NCBI GenBank assembly: GCA_965287045.1
Contig: OZ336895.1
Span: 22,754,001-22,818,000, forward strand
Origin: Carcharhinus amblyrhynchos
Taxonomy: Eukaryota
Length of the DNA stretch: 64,000 bases
Direction of reading: 5' to 3'
In this document: piece by piece, positions 63,787 to 64,000 of the stretch
How positions within the stretch are numbered: position 1 is the first letter of the stretch
How the letters are laid out: every line of letters starts with the position of its first letter
The notes under the pieces: generated by a model
Told to the model about the DNA's origin: nothing
Seen by the model: only the letters and a program-made list of their open reading frames with translations
The model's database searches: none
Program-made: the position numbers and the translations under genes

Positions 63787-64000
63787 GGGGAGGTTTTGTG
63801 GCACAGTGAATCGCATACCTCAGAGCTAGAAGCTCAGCAGTTCAGAACCCAGCGCAGGATTTGATGGCCAAAGAAAGTGTGTTCATAACGCAGGCAAACA
63901 GGTTGTGAGTTTCTACCTACAGATCCTTCCAATGTACACTAATGGCAGGCAGTAATAATGGGAGAGGTTCCTGGTCAGCCATGTGATAGGAAGAACGTTG
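63787..64000 (+). mobile_element. tRNA-head SINE (third family), truncated by the window end
   Basis: Homologous to 51925-52265. Confidence 0.7.

Larger units (their letters stand above)
30188..64000 (-). other. NFIC: Large NFIC intron (probably intron 2); the DNA-binding-domain exon lies beyond the window end
   Basis: No NFI DNA-binding-domain coding sequence seen in this interval. NFI genes are known to have a very long intron 2. Confidence 0.75.

Overview
Eukaryotic, repeat-rich vertebrate DNA, most likely from a shark or other elasmobranch (inferred from abundant HE1-type SINEs and CR1/HER1-type LINEs). The whole window appears to lie inside one minus-strand gene, nuclear factor I C (NFIC). 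Three internal coding exons (72, 75 and 124 nt; 30116-30187, 5286-5360, 2027-2150) have canonical AG/GT ends and splice in frame to [91 protein letters not shown], which matches NFIC exons 3-5 as I recall them. The rest is intron filled with HE1 and other tRNA-derived SINEs, CR1 and L2 LINE remnants, Penelope-derived fragments and short TIR elements, plus one N gap. Most notable observations: (1) a decayed U1+U2 snRNA chimera (SINEU-like) at about 13.44-13.75 kb; (2) Penelope-derived units with target-site duplications and minimal hammerhead cores on the NFIC sense strand; (3) a locally templated duplication and fold-back next to exon 3, with other local duplications; (4) a decayed tRNA-Trp abutting an HE1 SINE. 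Family assignments come from recalled consensus sequences, not database searches. TE boundaries are approximate.
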